A program made the position numbers and the translations under genes. From assembly GCA_964561495.1 (NCBI GenBank), contig CAZLPW010000004.1:4003-68002 (forward strand): 64,000 nucleotides of DNA, given 5' to 3'. How positions within the stretch are numbered: position 1 is the first letter of the stretch; every line of letters begins with the position of its first letter. Below are positions 9,445 to 19,237 of this stretch, in pieces. This stretch comes from an uncultured bacterium. GTDB lineage: Bacteria; Fidelibacterota; Marinisomatia; Marinisomatales; UBA1611. The notes beneath the pieces were generated by a model. It worked only from the letters and a program-made list of their open reading frames with translations. It searched no databases and was not told the origin of the DNA.

Positions 9445-10788
9445 TTAATTAATTTTTTTGACGACAATTCTGTTGCCATCAACAGACAAAATATTAATAC
9501 TACTACCTTTATCTATAAAATCCCCTTCACTTACAACAAATACTCTTTGATCATTCACTTTTACCCAACCAGATGGATGAAGATCAGAATCAGCATACCC
9601 ATCTAGACCTATTAAATTTTCCCATCCAAAGGTATTAGAATATCCATCTTCCTTTTTTTGAATATCTGGAGACGTTAATTTTTTCCAAAAATTAGATTTA
9701 ATCATTATCTTAATTAAAAAATATAACCCTATTAAACCTCCAACTATTCCAATAACCAGACCGTCTGCTGCTTGTGAAATGATTTCATCGCCAACAGGGA
9801 CTTCAGGAAGTAAAAGCATATACAGACCATACAAAATTATCAAAATACCAGTTACCCCAGCTATTCCGAATCCTGGTATCACAAGGCCTTCTAGAAGTAA
9901 CAAACCTATTCCTGTAATAATGATCAAAAAATCAGTCATTGTAGCAAGCCTGGCAATATATGAAGCGCTTAAAGATAAAACAAGACAAGCTAGCCCCACA
10001 AATCCAGGTATACCCCATCCAGGGCTCTGCAACTCAAACAAAATTCCTAAAAACCAAACTGTATTAAATAAAGAAGCCACGACTGGATTAGTAAGAAAGC
10101 GAACAATATTTTCAGACCAGTTTTCTTCAACCTTTTTAATTTTAACATCATATAATCCAAGACTATCGAGTAATTCATTAAAATTTTCAGCTGACCCATC
10201 AGCCACCTTATATTTCAAGGCTAATTTAGTTGTTAAAGATATTAATTTACCTTCCTTCCGCCCTTCAATATCATCAACAATTATTGAATCTCCATCTAAT
10301 ATAATATGATTGAATTTCAATTCTTCATCTACCATTCCTCTAGCAATCACTGTGCTCCTGTTTCTTTTCTCAGCTGTTGAAGCCATTTCTTCTCTCATAA
10401 AACTAATTACTTTTTCGCTACCTTTTTTCCCCGACATATCAACTGCTGTTGCTGCACCAATTGAAGCACCTCCTGTCATATAAATTTTTTCACAAGATAA
10501 TGATATTAAAGCCCCTGCTGATATAGCTCTCCGATTAATGAATGCTATAGTTAATAAATCAGAACTTAAAATTGCATCTTTGATTTGGGTCGCAGCATCA
10601 ACTCTACCTCCAAATGTATCTATATCAAAGATAACAGCTACAGCATCGTTTTCTTCTGCTTCATCAAGACCTCTAGATACATAGGCTGGAAGACCAAGAT
10701 CAATAGTGCCTTGAATCGGAATATGATATATTTTTTCTGAAGCAAGAGCAGAATATAAAAATAAGATAAAAAATATTATTTTTTTCAT
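9445..10788 (-). CDS. nfeD: NfeD-family membrane-bound (ClpP-class) serine protease
   Basis: Signal peptide, a ClpP-like N-terminal domain, a central multi-TM region and a C-terminal NfeD OB-fold-like tail (...VFVVSEGDFIDKGSSINILSVDGNRIVVKK). It sits directly upstream of floA. Confidence 0.8.
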   Translation of the reverse strand: MKKIIFFILFLYSALASEKIYHIPIQGTIDLGLPAYVSRGLDEAEENDAVAVIFDIDTFGGRVDAATQIKDAILSSDLLTIAFINRRAISAGALISLSCEKIYMTGGASIGAATAVDMSGKKGSEKVISFMREEMASTAEKRNRSTVIARGMVDEELKFNHIILDGDSIIVDDIEGRKEGKLISLTTKLALKYKVADGSAENFNELLDSLGLYDVKIKKVEENWSENIVRFLTNPVVASLFNTVWFLGILFELQSPGWGIPGFVGLACLVLSLSASYIARLATMTDFLIIITGIGLLLLEGLVIPGFGIAGVTGILIILYGLYMLLLPEVPVGDEIISQAADGLVIGIVGGLIGLYFLIKIMIKSNFWKKLTSPDIQKKEDGYSNTFGWENLIGLDGYADSDLHPSGWVKVNDQRVFVVSEGDFIDKGSSINILSVDGNRIVVKKIN

Positions 10789-10879
10789 ATGTCTTAATTT
10801 CGCACTATTTATCTATAGGATTATAATAATTTCATATAAAGAAGTATTATATCTATTACATTAATTTCATTCATAAAAT

Positions 10880-11731
10880 ATGAGAATAATTGATCAAGTC
10901 ACATACTATTTATTAAAAATATTAAAAAAATATATTTCTAATCAATCATACAAAAATAGATTAAAAATATCTCAAATAATATCAAGTTTTCTATACAATT
11001 ACATTCCCATCAGAAAAAAATTAGCAAGAAAAAATATAAAACGGGCGTTTCCTAATAAATCAGATGAATGGATTGACAAAATATTACGATCTTGCTACCA
11101 ACTATCAGTACATCATTTTTTAAAATTTATATCTTTCCCAAAATCTTGGAATAATTCAAAATATGATATTCGGGGATTAGAAATTTTAGATAAGGCTATA
11201 AAAAAAAATCGAGGTGTAATTTTTCTTGCTTCACATTTTGGTCCTTGGGAGGTTATGGGAGCATGGCTTGGAAATAATGGTTACCATTTAACTGGCGTTG
11301 CTCAAAAACAAAAAAATGCTGGAGCAGACACTTTCTTTATTTCTCAAAGAGAGAAAAGTGGAGCCAGACATATTTATAGAAAAGAATCTTTTGATAAAAT
11401 GTATGAGATCCTAGAAAAAAAGAAAATTTTAGTCTTAATAAGCGATCAAGATGCAAAAAATAAAGGTGTTTTTGTTAATTTTTTAGGTACTAACGCTTCT
11501 AGTCCAAAAGGGGCAGCAATTTTTCATAAAAATACAAATGCCCCATTAATTGTTGGGACATGTATAGAGACAGACCATAACCACTATAATATTGAGTTCT
11601 TGCCTGTAAAACCTCTTAAAAATACTATTGAAAGCATTACACAAGCTTATACATCAATTTTTGCTCAATTTATTATAAAATACCCAGAACAATATTTTTG
11701 GTTTCATAATCGCTGGAAAACAAAAAAATGA
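10880..11731 (+). CDS. Lipid A biosynthesis (LpxL/HtrB-type) lysophospholipid acyltransferase family protein
   Basis: 283 aa with SHFGPWE (the Hx4D/E acyltransferase motif), the typical ending YPEQYFWFHNRWK, and an N-terminal anchor. Confidence 0.7.
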   Translation: MRIIDQVTYYLLKILKKYISNQSYKNRLKISQIISSFLYNYIPIRKKLARKNIKRAFPNKSDEWIDKILRSCYQLSVHHFLKFISFPKSWNNSKYDIRGLEILDKAIKKNRGVIFLASHFGPWEVMGAWLGNNGYHLTGVAQKQKNAGADTFFISQREKSGARHIYRKESFDKMYEILEKKKILVLISDQDAKNKGVFVNFLGTNASSPKGAAIFHKNTNAPLIVGTCIETDHNHYNIEFLPVKPLKNTIESITQAYTSIFAQFIIKYPEQYFWFHNRWKTKK

Positions 11732-12294
11732 AAAGGATAGATATTAATTCAGAAAATGCCCTCCAAATGGCCATTAATGTTCTTTCTGGTGGAGAAATAA
11801 TAGTTTACCCTACGGATACAATCTACGGATTCGGGTGCGATGCAACAAATTATGAAGCAATAACCAAATTAAATAATTTAAAAGGTCGTCAGTCCCCAAT
11901 AAGTATAATTGCACCAGATAAACAAACAGCAGTCAATTGGCTCAATATAAAAAAAAATGAAAAAAAAAAATTGTTCAAAAACTTTGAAAATGGTAACACA
12001 ATAATTGCACCCATACAAGACGGCTTGGTTCATAATAAAATCAAAGGTAAAGAGAATACCGTTGGAATTAGAGTTCCTATGTATTCATTTTGTACATCTT
12101 TATCCAAATCATTTGAAAAACCTATAACAACAACTAGCGTAAATAGAACAGGGTCAAAACCACATATAAATCCTGATTTAATAGAAAAAGAATTTGGTAA
12201 TAAAGTGCCTTTGTTTATAGATGCTGGTATTATAAATAATCAACCATCCTCGATATTCAAATTCGAACTAGGTAGATTAATAACTATTAGATAA
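11728..12294 (+). CDS. tsaC: L-threonylcarbamoyladenylate synthase (TsaC/YrdC family)
   Basis: YPTDTIYGFGCDA motif, SVNRTG, 188 aa. Confidence 0.85.
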   Translation: MKRIDINSENALQMAINVLSGGEIIVYPTDTIYGFGCDATNYEAITKLNNLKGRQSPISIIAPDKQTAVNWLNIKKNEKKKLFKNFENGNTIIAPIQDGLVHNKIKGKENTVGIRVPMYSFCTSLSKSFEKPITTTSVNRTGSKPHINPDLIEKEFGNKVPLFIDAGIINNQPSSIFKFELGRLITIR

Positions 12295-12992
12295 TGAAAA
12301 AAATACTGTTTTTTTTAAGTATTATATACTCTCAAAATCATTTGCCTGTTGGTGAAACTTTAAACTATAAAGTCTCATTCTCTGGTATTAATGCTGCGAT
12401 AGGGAAACTTAGAATTTTGGAAAATGATACAATTGAAAGCGTCCAAGCTTCTCATCTACAATTAATAATTCAAACCATTGGGATTACAGATAGATTATAT
12501 CCAATAAATGATAAAATTGATATCTGGCTAGAAAAAGAAACATTTAGAACAATTAAAATTGAAAAGAATATTAATGAAGGCAATTATAAGAAAAAAACAG
12601 TTACAAAATTCTATCAAAAAAATAATTTTGCAATTATAAATAATGATACGATCACTATTCCACCTGACTGCCAATCTCCTTACTCATTAATTTATTCTTT
12701 AGGCAACAATCAATCATTAAAAAAAATGAAAAATATTATTTTATCAACGTTAGATGGGAAAAAAGTGACACCCGTAAAACTTTATATAGATCACAATAAA
12801 GAAATTTTTGTCCCCTCAGGAAAGTTTATTTGTGATAAGATAACACCTTTGCCCATAACTGGAAAAAATTTTAAAAATGAGGGGGAAATTTCTATTTGGT
12901 TTTCAAAAAAAACAAAATATCAAATTCCAATAAAAATTTGGCTTAAACTAAAGTTTGGTTCTTTAGTTATGGAATTTACTGATAAGGTTTAA
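12294..12992 (+). CDS. DUF3108-like secreted protein
   Basis: Signal peptide followed by GETLNYKVSF.GINAA.GKL, which resembles the DUF3108 N-terminal signature. The assignment is from memory only. Confidence 0.45.
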   Translation: MKKILFFLSIIYSQNHLPVGETLNYKVSFSGINAAIGKLRILENDTIESVQASHLQLIIQTIGITDRLYPINDKIDIWLEKETFRTIKIEKNINEGNYKKKTVTKFYQKNNFAIINNDTITIPPDCQSPYSLIYSLGNNQSLKKMKNIILSTLDGKKVTPVKLYIDHNKEIFVPSGKFICDKITPLPITGKNFKNEGEISIWFSKKTKYQIPIKIWLKLKFGSLVMEFTDKV

Positions 12993-14158
12993 TTAAATAA
13001 TCTAGATATATCATTATACATTACTGTAACCATCAATAATAATAAAAAAGTCATACCAACTTGTTGAATTAATATTCTGGTTTTTAATGCTAATGACCTT
13101 TTAATTATTGATTCAATTAGAATAATAAAAATATGCCCCCCATCTAAACCAGGAATAGGTAGAATATTCAAAAAAGCAAGATTAATACTAATTAAGCCCA
13201 TAAAAGATAATAATGGTATAATCCCTGCTTCAGCCTGATTTCCTGCTATTTGAGCTATCATGATAGGGCCACCAAAATCAGATAAAGAAGCAGCCCCATT
13301 AAATAGCATCTTCATGCTCATAAATATCATTCCAAAACCACCAATAGTACCTGATAAACCAAAACTAAGAGATTGTGAAAATGAAATATCTGAATGAAGA
13401 AATTCAGGCCTAATACCAATAACTCCTATAGAATCAATTTCTCCATTATTTATAATAGGAGTAGAACTAGTTTTTAATAAAAACTCCAACTCTTTTTCAC
13501 CTCTTAAGATTGAAACATTAATTGAAGAATTAGGTCTTGAATGAATAATATTTGTTAAATCTTTCCATGTATTTATAGAGTTATCATTTATTCTAATAAT
13601 TTTATCGCCTGATTTTAACCCAGCATTTTTAGCTGGCATATCCTTTATTAATTCATAAATAATTGGCTTTTCAGATGGCGTAAACTCCCCTTGTACATAA
13701 GAGATTCCAGAAAATATTAAAAAAGCTGTCAGAATATTCATTAGTACACCAGCCGACAGTATAAAAATTTTACTTGGGGCGGTTTTAGACATAAACTCAT
13801 TAGCCTCATATTGAATGTTTGTATCCATGCTTTCATCTATAAAACCAGCCATTTTCACATAACCACCAAAAGGAATAATTGCAACAACATATTCTGTCCC
13901 TGAACCTTTTCTATCTGATATCTTAATGAATCGTTTTATTATTGGAGACCACTTGAGTTTTTTATCAACAAGTTTGAAAAAAAATAAATTGATTATAAAT
14001 CCATTGTCAACGGATGTAATTGAAAAAAATCGAGGAGGAAACCCAATAGAAAATCGCTCTACTTTCACACCACAAGATCTAGCTGCAAAAAAATGACCGA
14101 GCTCATGGACAAAAATAAGAACGCCCAGAACTAATATTGTGGCCCAAAGAAAAGTCAT
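12989..14158 (-). CDS. rseP: RIP metalloprotease RseP (site-2 protease, M50 family)
   Basis: HELGHF zinc motif near the N-terminus, a single PDZ-like region (AGLKSGDKIIRIN), and LNILPIPGLDGGH. Confidence 0.85.
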   Translation of the reverse strand: MTFLWATILVLGVLIFVHELGHFFAARSCGVKVERFSIGFPPRFFSITSVDNGFIINLFFFKLVDKKLKWSPIIKRFIKISDRKGSGTEYVVAIIPFGGYVKMAGFIDESMDTNIQYEANEFMSKTAPSKIFILSAGVLMNILTAFLIFSGISYVQGEFTPSEKPIIYELIKDMPAKNAGLKSGDKIIRINDNSINTWKDLTNIIHSRPNSSINVSILRGEKELEFLLKTSSTPIINNGEIDSIGVIGIRPEFLHSDISFSQSLSFGLSGTIGGFGMIFMSMKMLFNGAASLSDFGGPIMIAQIAGNQAEAGIIPLLSFMGLISINLAFLNILPIPGLDGGHIFIILIESIIKRSLALKTRILIQQVGMTFLLLLMVTVMYNDISRLFN

Positions 14159-14204
14159 ATTTTATTTATTTTATTGATTTGACAGAAAAAAACTTTAACC
14201 AAAT

Positions 14205-15353
14205 TTAATAATAACTATTAACCCAGTTCTTAACCCAATGATCCAATTCTTTTAAATCTTCAAGAGTAGGTTCATTTAACCAGTTATGTAAATTCAAAAC
14301 CGTATTATTAATCTCATAAATATCTAAAAAATTAATTTCTTGTCGAAGGAATCTTTGTACTGAATAATCATTTGCTAAATTTAGTGCAGCTGGGCTAGTC
14401 CCTAACTTTTTTAGAGCATCATAGGCTAAAGAAATACATGGAAACTTTTCCAAATCTGGTTCTAAAAAATTAAGCTCTTTTATTTTAAAAAAATCTAACC
14501 GCTCCCAGTTTGTTTTTTTATGCCTTGGATATGTTAGTGAATATTGAATAGGTACTTTCATATCAGGAACCCCCATTTGAGCTTTGATTGAACCATCTTG
14601 GAATTCGACCATTGAATGAATAATTGATTGCGGGTGTATCACAATATCGATTGGAATTTGGTCACCATTAAACAACCAAAAAGCTTCAATTACTTCTAAT
14701 CCTTTATTCATCATTGTTGCACTATCAATAGTAATTTTTTTACCCATATCCCAGTTTGGGTGATTTAAAGCTTCTCTTAATGTTATTTTTTCAAAAGTAT
14801 TTATATTTCTCTTTAAAAAAGGACCCCCACTTCCAGTAAGAATAATCTTGCTTATATCTAAAATGTTTTCACCAACCAGACACTGCCAGATTGCTGAGTG
14901 TTCACTATCAACAGGAAATATTTTAGCTCCTGATTTTTTCATAGCCTCATTAATTATCGACCCTGCCATTACGAGACTTTCCTTATTTGATAAAGCTACA
15001 TCAACACCTGATTTTATAGCACGTAATGTTGGCTCCATTCCAATAGAACCGACTAAACCGTTTAACATAACATCGACATCATCTCTTGATGCTAATTCTA
15101 TCAGTCCTTCTCTGCCAAATAAAACTTCAATTTTATCATTTTTAAAAAAATTTTTTACTTCTTTATATGATTCTCTATCAATTAAACAGATAGCATCTGG
15201 ACTAAATCGCTTTGCTTGATCGATTAATTTTTTACTATTTGAAAAACAAGATAAATAAATAACAGTCGCTTCATCCTCTAAATTTTCTAAAACATTAAGG
15301 GCATTGCATCCGATAGATCCAGTTGACCCTAAAATTGAAATTCTTTTTTTCAT
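14205..15353 (-). CDS. dxr: 1-deoxy-D-xylulose 5-phosphate reductoisomerase
   Basis: ILGSTGSIG, NKESLV, DSEHSA, HPNW.MG and MMNKG.E motifs. Confidence 0.95.
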   Translation of the reverse strand: MKKRISILGSTGSIGCNALNVLENLEDEATVIYLSCFSNSKKLIDQAKRFSPDAICLIDRESYKEVKNFFKNDKIEVLFGREGLIELASRDDVDVMLNGLVGSIGMEPTLRAIKSGVDVALSNKESLVMAGSIINEAMKKSGAKIFPVDSEHSAIWQCLVGENILDISKIILTGSGGPFLKRNINTFEKITLREALNHPNWDMGKKITIDSATMMNKGLEVIEAFWLFNGDQIPIDIVIHPQSIIHSMVEFQDGSIKAQMGVPDMKVPIQYSLTYPRHKKTNWERLDFFKIKELNFLEPDLEKFPCISLAYDALKKLGTSPAALNLANDYSVQRFLRQEINFLDIYEINNTVLNLHNWLNEPTLEDLKELDHWVKNWVNSYY

Positions 15354-15354
15354 G

Positions 15355-16026
15355 TTAAAAATTTTTTTGAATAAACCAACTAAAATATTGTCTTTGAGGG
15401 TGAAATTTTAAGCTCCCTCCTACTACCGCTCCATATATTTCTTTCATCAATATAAAAGATAAAAAATTTGTCCGCCCTTCAATCTTACTTGGAACCCCAA
15501 TATTATCCCCGTATGTAACCTCTTTAAAAAAATTACTCCCTATTCCAATATTAATTAATGCATCATTCCACTTTCCCCATTTTTGTACGTTTAATGTCAG
15601 ACAAGATAATCTAAAATCTTTCAACCCTTTTAAATTTGATTTACTAACAGAAAACACAGAACTTTTTTCTTCATCACCAAAAAAATATTGAACTCCAGCG
15701 CTAAACACCTGTGGTTGATCCTTATTAATAATGAACCCATATATTTTACTAGTTAAAGCCAAATTTTCTGTTATTTTATATCCAAAATCAAAATTCGGCA
15801 AAAACCAATGTTTATTTTTTATTTTTGAAATAGAAATCGACTGTCCAAAACTAATTGCTAGCCTAGATTGACTCATCGGATTTATCATTAATATTTCACT
15901 TAACCAAAAGGAAGCATGGTAACTAATAATTTTTGAATACTCTGGTTTATCTGAACTAAAATTAAAATCAGCAAATTGGCCGTATATTATTCCAACAGCG
16001 AATAATACACATATTGTCTTCCGCAT
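15355..16026 (-). CDS. Hypothetical outer-membrane beta-barrel-like protein
   Basis: 223 aa with a signal peptide, amphipathic beta-like segments and a terminal ...IQKNF (C-terminal Phe). It lies 1 nt from both lpxA and dxr. Confidence 0.45.
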   Translation of the reverse strand: MRKTICVLFAVGIIYGQFADFNFSSDKPEYSKIISYHASFWLSEILMINPMSQSRLAISFGQSISISKIKNKHWFLPNFDFGYKITENLALTSKIYGFIINKDQPQVFSAGVQYFFGDEEKSSVFSVSKSNLKGLKDFRLSCLTLNVQKWGKWNDALINIGIGSNFFKEVTYGDNIGVPSKIEGRTNFLSFILMKEIYGAVVGGSLKFHPQRQYFSWFIQKNF

Positions 16027-16027
16027 T

Positions 16028-16771
16028 TTAAATAATACCGCGTTTGGATGATCGAATAAATTTTAATATTTGTTCTTTATAATCCGAATAATTAATACCA
16101 GCCTCTATTGTTTCTAAAGCCTTATTTCTACTTAAACCAGAACGGAAATATACCTTGTAAATTTCTTTAATCGCTTTTCTATCGCTAATAGAAAAATTTC
16201 GTCTTTTTAATCCAACACTATTTATCCCCTCATACTTTAATGGGTGTCCTGCACCTAAAATAAAGGGCGGAACATCTTGAACAATTTTAACACCCCCACC
16301 AATAAAAGCATGTACACCAACATTACAAAATTGGTGAACTATTACAGCTCCACCAAGCGTTGCCCAATCTCCTATTGTTACATGTCCACCTAGTGTTGAC
16401 AAATTTGCCAATATCACATGATCTCCTATAATACAATCATGGGCAACATGACATGAAGCCATTAACAAACAATCAGATCCAACGACAGTTTTACCTAAGG
16501 CCTCTGTGCCTCTATTGATTGTTACATACTCACGTATGATTGTTCTGTCACCCACAAAAGCTTCAGTTTCTTCTCCTTTAAACTTCAAATCTTGTGGAAC
16601 TTCACCAATTGAAGAAGAATGATATATTTTACAATCCTTACCAATGGTTGTACCTTCACAAATAGTAACATTATTACCAATTATTGTATTATCTCCTATT
16701 GAAACACGTGGGCCTATAACACTAAATGGGCCTATAATAATATTTGAACCAAGCCTTGCGCTTTCATGCAC
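16028..16771 (-). CDS. lpxA: UDP-N-acetylglucosamine O-acyltransferase
   Basis: Left-handed beta-helix hexapeptide repeats and the C-terminal helical domain (GLKRRNFS...IKEIYK). The first canonical start is the GTG at 16771, but LpxA-like sequence (IHSTAIV) continues upstream in frame, so the true start is uncertain. Confidence 0.9.
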   Translation of the reverse strand: MHESARLGSNIIIGPFSVIGPRVSIGDNTIIGNNVTICEGTTIGKDCKIYHSSSIGEVPQDLKFKGEETEAFVGDRTIIREYVTINRGTEALGKTVVGSDCLLMASCHVAHDCIIGDHVILANLSTLGGHVTIGDWATLGGAVIVHQFCNVGVHAFIGGGVKIVQDVPPFILGAGHPLKYEGINSVGLKRRNFSISDRKAIKEIYKVYFRSGLSRNKALETIEAGINYSDYKEQILKFIRSSKRGII

Positions 16772-16799
16772 AATCGCGGTTGAATGAATATTGTCTAAA

Positions 16800-17267
16800 T
16801 TATTGATTTGTTACTCTATCTACTATATTTGCAGATACAAAACCCTCTGCCATCAGATTATTTTCCACAAAAATATGTCCATGAAATTTGCATATATTTA
16901 ATTTGCGCTTTGCAATTGTTACTTCTATTCTTACTTGATCACCTGGAATTATTATCTTCCTAAAACGGAGACCATCAACAGTAGAAATAAAAGCATTTTT
17001 TTCTAAAGGATTATCTAAGGTGTTTAATAATAAAAAAGCTCCTGCTTGAGCAATAAACTCTATTATATAAACACCAGGTAAAACTGGCTGCCCAGGAAAG
17101 TGACCTTGAAAATATGGTTCATTGAAAGTAATATTTTTAATAGCAGTTATTGATTCACCAGGAGTTATTTTTATAATTCTATCAATTAATAATAAAGGAT
17201 ATCTATGAGGTAAAATCTTTTGAATATCCCTAAGGCTAAATTCGGTTTTTGTTGAATATTCTGACAT
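16800..17267 (-). CDS. fabZ: 3-hydroxyacyl-ACP dehydratase
   Basis: LPHRYPLLLIDR and FFQGHFPG.PV.PGV motifs. AAGGAG precedes the ATG, and the junction with lpxC is a TAATG overlap. Confidence 0.95.
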   Translation of the reverse strand: MSEYSTKTEFSLRDIQKILPHRYPLLLIDRIIKITPGESITAIKNITFNEPYFQGHFPGQPVLPGVYIIEFIAQAGAFLLLNTLDNPLEKNAFISTVDGLRFRKIIIPGDQVRIEVTIAKRKLNICKFHGHIFVENNLMAEGFVSANIVDRVTNQ

Positions 17268-18217
17268 TATTTAACTCCTTCGGATAATATATTCAATTCA
17301 TTAGAATATTCTTGGCGAAGTTTTTTTACAAATTCAACATTACTAGCATGACCAGCTCTTGCAGCTGTAACATGCCCTTTAATTGGGACACCTAAAAGAG
17401 CTAAGTCTCCAATTAGATCTAGGGTTTTATGCCGGACTGGTTCATTTTTATATCTTAGCACTTTTCCATTCAAAATACCATTGGTTCCATTATTAATATT
17501 GTGTTCAATTCCAAAAAGAGTTTTCAAACGATTAATTTCATTTTGATCTATATCTTTATCAATTAGAACAACTGCATTATCAAGGGCGCCACCTTTAATA
17601 AGACCTGATTCTTTTAACATTTCAACTTCACTTAAAAAACAAAATGTTCTAGCTGGAGCAACTTCCACTGCAAAATCTTCTTCCATATTATAGATTGCCT
17701 CATATTGCGTCCCTAATGCAGGCAAAGGATAATCCACCATAAATGTGATACGGAAACTATCAGACGGTATAACATGTATATCAATATCTCGATATGGATC
17801 TGTATAATTAACTGCACGAGTTATTTTTAATAATTTTCTTTCTTTTCCTTGCTCTGTAATACCCGAACGTAGTAGCGCATCAACAAAATCTTTTGCACTT
17901 CCATCCATAACTGGAGTTTCTTTACCTGTTAATTCAATTAAAACATTATCTAGTCGCAAACCGCTAACAGCTGCCAATGCATGCTCAACTGTATGAATTC
18001 GCACATCATTTTCTTCAATTGTTGTACCTCTAGAAATATCAACTACATGGTTAATATCCGCTTTAATCTCTGGACAACCAGGAATGTCAGATCTAATAAA
18101 TCTAACACCAAAATCCTCAGGAGCTGGATGAAATGTTATAGATGTCTCAACACCTGTATGAAGTCCTACACCATGACATGATTTTGAGGTTCTGATTGTT
18201 CTTTGTTTTCTGGCCAT
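17267..18217 (-). CDS. lpxC: UDP-3-O-acyl-N-acetylglucosamine deacetylase
   Basis: GVGLHTG, TVEH..AA, HKTLDLIGDL and AARAGH motifs. It is a separate gene, not fused to fabZ. Confidence 0.95.
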   Translation of the reverse strand: MARKQRTIRTSKSCHGVGLHTGVETSITFHPAPEDFGVRFIRSDIPGCPEIKADINHVVDISRGTTIEENDVRIHTVEHALAAVSGLRLDNVLIELTGKETPVMDGSAKDFVDALLRSGITEQGKERKLLKITRAVNYTDPYRDIDIHVIPSDSFRITFMVDYPLPALGTQYEAIYNMEEDFAVEVAPARTFCFLSEVEMLKESGLIKGGALDNAVVLIDKDIDQNEINRLKTLFGIEHNINNGTNGILNGKVLRYKNEPVRHKTLDLIGDLALLGVPIKGHVTAARAGHASNVEFVKKLRQEYSNELNILSEGVK

Positions 18218-18226
18218 TTTATAAAA

Positions 18227-19231
18227 TTATTTTTTTGATTGAACTCGCTTCAAATTTTTATCGATTGTATCGATTCTATTTATAAGAGCCTCTCTTCTGT
18301 TATGTTCTCTGATTTTTCTAGCAGGATATCCTGCATAAACTTCACCACCAGGAAGAGATTTAGTAACACCTGATTTTGCAGCAAATGTAGAACCCTTTCC
18401 AATTTGTACATGCGGGGCAACACCAGTTTGTCCTGCAAATGTACAATGCTTACCTATTTTAACACTTCCCGCAATACCTACCTGAGCAGTAATCAGACAT
18501 GACTTTCCAATCTGAGCGTTGTGAGCGATGTGCACTAGGTTATCAATCTTTGTCATGCCACCTATTTCTGTTGAACCAATTGTTGCTCTATCAATAACAG
18601 TATTAGCACCTACTTCCACATCATCAGCAATAGTAACATTGCCAGTCTGAGGAATCTTTATATTTTCTTCATTTTCTGGTATAAATCCAAAACCGTCACT
18701 ACCAATAACCGCGCCGCTATGAACAATAACAGAATTGCCAATAATTACATTAGGATATATAGTGACATTTGGATAAATATAACATTTATCACCAATCGAT
18801 ACATTTTCCCCAACTACAGAATTAGAGCCAATATAGGTCTGTGTGCCAATTGAGACACCTTTTTCTATAACCGCTCCAGGCATTACGGTAACATTACTTT
18901 TCAAATTTGCATTATGATTAACAATTGATTTTTTATGAATTTTCCCACTATTTTTTTTAGGAGGGTTAAACATTCCCAACGTTTTAGCAATTGCAAGTTG
19001 GGGGTTTTTAACAACAATCCCATTTATTCCTAATAATAATTTTTTGTTATTAACAAAAAAGGCTGCGGCTATAGAGCTATATAAATATTTTTTATATTTC
19101 ATATTTCCAAGAAAAGTGATTGTATGCTCCTCACTATTATCAATCTTGGAAACACCTCGAATAATTATATCTCCATTTCCGATTAAAACACCACCAACAT
19201 CATCAGCTATCTCTTTAAGACTAAATTTCAA
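18227..19231 (-). CDS. lpxD: UDP-3-O-acylglucosamine N-acyltransferase
   Basis: An N-terminal LpxD domain followed by long hexapeptide repeats; 334 aa. Confidence 0.9.
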   Translation of the reverse strand: MKFSLKEIADDVGGVLIGNGDIIIRGVSKIDNSEEHTITFLGNMKYKKYLYSSIAAAFFVNNKKLLLGINGIVVKNPQLAIAKTLGMFNPPKKNSGKIHKKSIVNHNANLKSNVTVMPGAVIEKGVSIGTQTYIGSNSVVGENVSIGDKCYIYPNVTIYPNVIIGNSVIVHSGAVIGSDGFGFIPENEENIKIPQTGNVTIADDVEVGANTVIDRATIGSTEIGGMTKIDNLVHIAHNAQIGKSCLITAQVGIAGSVKIGKHCTFAGQTGVAPHVQIGKGSTFAAKSGVTKSLPGGEVYAGYPARKIREHNRREALINRIDTIDKNLKRVQSKK

Positions 19232-19237
19232 AGATAT

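Noticed and set aside
9779-10309. Long antisense ORFs inside well-supported genes. Examples are 1096-1323, 8555-8806, 9779-10309, 14848-15219, 24218-24532, 34246-34569, 38431-38838, 48152-48445, 48545-48856 and 52087-52422.
   Set aside because: Each lies wholly within, and opposite to, a gene with strong family motifs. Their translations are low-complexity and Ser/Ile/Leu/Phe-rich with no motifs. They are shadow ORFs of the kind expected in AT-rich DNA with few stop codons in some antisense frames.
17260-17275. Possible lpxC-fabZ fusion (as in Bacteroidetes) or ispD-ispF fusion.
   Set aside because: lpxC ends with a TAA that overlaps the fabZ ATG (TAATG), and an AAGGAG lies upstream, so they are separate coupled genes. 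ispD and ispF are in different frames and overlap, so they are not fused.
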